NCBI GenBank assembly: GCA_964541255.1
Contig: CAZIPL010000003.1
Coordinates: 4,425 to 68,424, forward strand
Direction: 5' to 3'
From: an uncultured Clostridia bacterium
GTDB lineage: Bacteria; Bacillota; Clostridia; Christensenellales; CAMQZB01
Length of the DNA: 64,000 nt
In this document: positions 63,231 through 64,000 of the stretch, piece by piece
Layout: the number at the start of each line of letters is the position of its first letter
Position numbering within the stretch: position 1 is the stretch's first letter
Translations under genes and position numbers: made by a program
The notes under the pieces: model-generated
Databases searched by the model: none
The model's input: the letters and a program-made list of their open reading frames with translations, nothing else
Told to the model about the DNA's origin: nothing

Positions 63231-64000
63231 TCACAAAACGTTAAATACGTTGAGAAGAAGTCCGATAACGAGAAGATGCAAAGGATAGTATACATAAAAC
63301 GACCACTTCATAATTTTGTTGATTGCGGGATTTTTGCCTCGCTTGCCGTTATAAAGCATAATGACGGGAACGGCAAGGAAAACTCCGTATTGCAAAAAGG
63401 CATAGCTTTTTGACAGCGCGAAGTAATATACGACGGCGTATGTAGTTATCCACAACAAGCACCACAAAATCTGCTTCTTTGGTTCGCCTCTGTTTGAGCC
63501 TATCGCAAGAACACAAAGGGATGCTACGCAGCTCCAGTCGGAGGGGAATGAGACGGCGCATAAAAGTATGACGATTATGGTTTTGAGTATGCTCGGGATT
63601 TTTTCGTTGTCGCTTACTTGAAGCATAACAAGACCTATCGCATACGACCAGATAACGCTTGCTTGATTTAGGAATCTTCCCATGCCCTCGCCTGTAGCAA
63701 AAGGAATGAAGCAAAGCGCGCCGTATTCTGTGTATATTCCCGTTTGAAGCATATACGGAATATGAGAAATCAAGGCAAATAAGAAAAGCCTTGCGGTGTA
63801 TTTTTTTACGTTTCTCGTATAGTGATAGCCCTCGGCGATGCAATAGCACATAATGGGGAAAGCCAATCTTCCGATTATGTGGAAAATAATCGGCAATACT
63901 TCCGTAGGGTAACCCGGGAATATCGCCCATGTCAGATGGTCGAGCGTCATTGCGATGATTGCAATAAGCTTCAATGCGTTTTGGTCGAGAGGCTTTCTCG
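63231..64000 (-). CDS. TraX-family membrane protein (putative acyltransferase); 5' end probably beyond the window
   Basis: Contains LKLIAIIAMTLDHL, typical of the TraX N-terminus. The frame stays open upstream of the track's TTG start to position 64000 (RKPLDQNALKL...). Confidence 0.7.
   Translation of the reverse strand, partial: RKPLDQNALKLIAIIAMTLDHLTWAIFPGYPTEVLPIIFHIIGRLAFPIMCYCIAEGYHYTRNVKKYTARLFLFALISHIPYMLQTGIYTEYGALCFIPFATGEGMGRFLNQASVIWSYAIGLVMLQVSDNEKIPSILKTIIVILLCAVSFPSDWSCVASLCVLAIGSNRGEPKKQILWCLLWITTYAVVYYFALSKSYAFLQYGVFLAVPVIMLYNGKRGKNPAINKIMKWSFYVYYPLHLLVIGLLLNVFNVL

Noticed and set aside
1-64000. A window-wide search for CRISPR arrays, transposases or integrases, prophage genes, toxin-antitoxin pairs, restriction-modification or other defence systems, tRNA or rRNA genes, and group II introns.
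   Set aside because: I found none. No regularly spaced direct repeats occur, and no recombinase, nuclease or ATPase combination typical of defence islands is present. All sizeable ORFs are accounted for by housekeeping, transport or regulatory functions. I cannot rule out small ncRNAs without covariance-model searches.

Overview
This window looks like origin-proximal chromosome of a low-GC, spore-forming Firmicute (Clostridia-like; cwlD-, dacB-, ytfJ- and ytfI-type genes are present). It is mostly housekeeping and carbohydrate or nucleoside uptake genes. I support 56 CDS, two of them truncated at the window edges, plus rpmH, which is absent from the ORF track. Recognisable genes include ftsH, cvpA, dnaN, rsmG, parA/parB, a BMP-family nucleoside-type ABC transporter, hup, ung, pduL, rhaD, a short alaS, rpmH-rnpA-yidD-yidC-jag, galU and pyrP-pyrR. 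There are also three GPH/MFS sugar transporters, four paralogous AraC regulators, a GH5 hydrolase and a Cys-type sulfatase. I found no transposase, integrase, phage, CRISPR, tRNA, rRNA or recognisable defence genes. The features I consider most worth a second look are listed here. (1) A complete oriC-type module (DnaA boxes, a GC dinucleotide, DnaA-trios, an AT-rich stretch) lies directly upstream of dnaN. A second DnaA-box/AT block and two parS sites lie on the other side of dnaN, and there is no dnaA gene anywhere in the 64 kb. (2) A modular, hairpin-rich interspersed repeat family occurs at six intergenic loci, shows compensatory stem substitutions, and has two copies bracketing an AraC gene. 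(3) A G9 homopolymer sits just after the lipobox of the BMP lipoprotein gene. (4) The AlaRS is only 595 aa and lacks the beta-barrel and C-Ala regions. (5) The pyrP leader has a terminator/antiterminator arrangement but no canonical PyrR box. (6) Orphan AraC-GPH divergons carry repeated operator-like motifs. All functional calls come from motif recognition by eye, and no database search was run.
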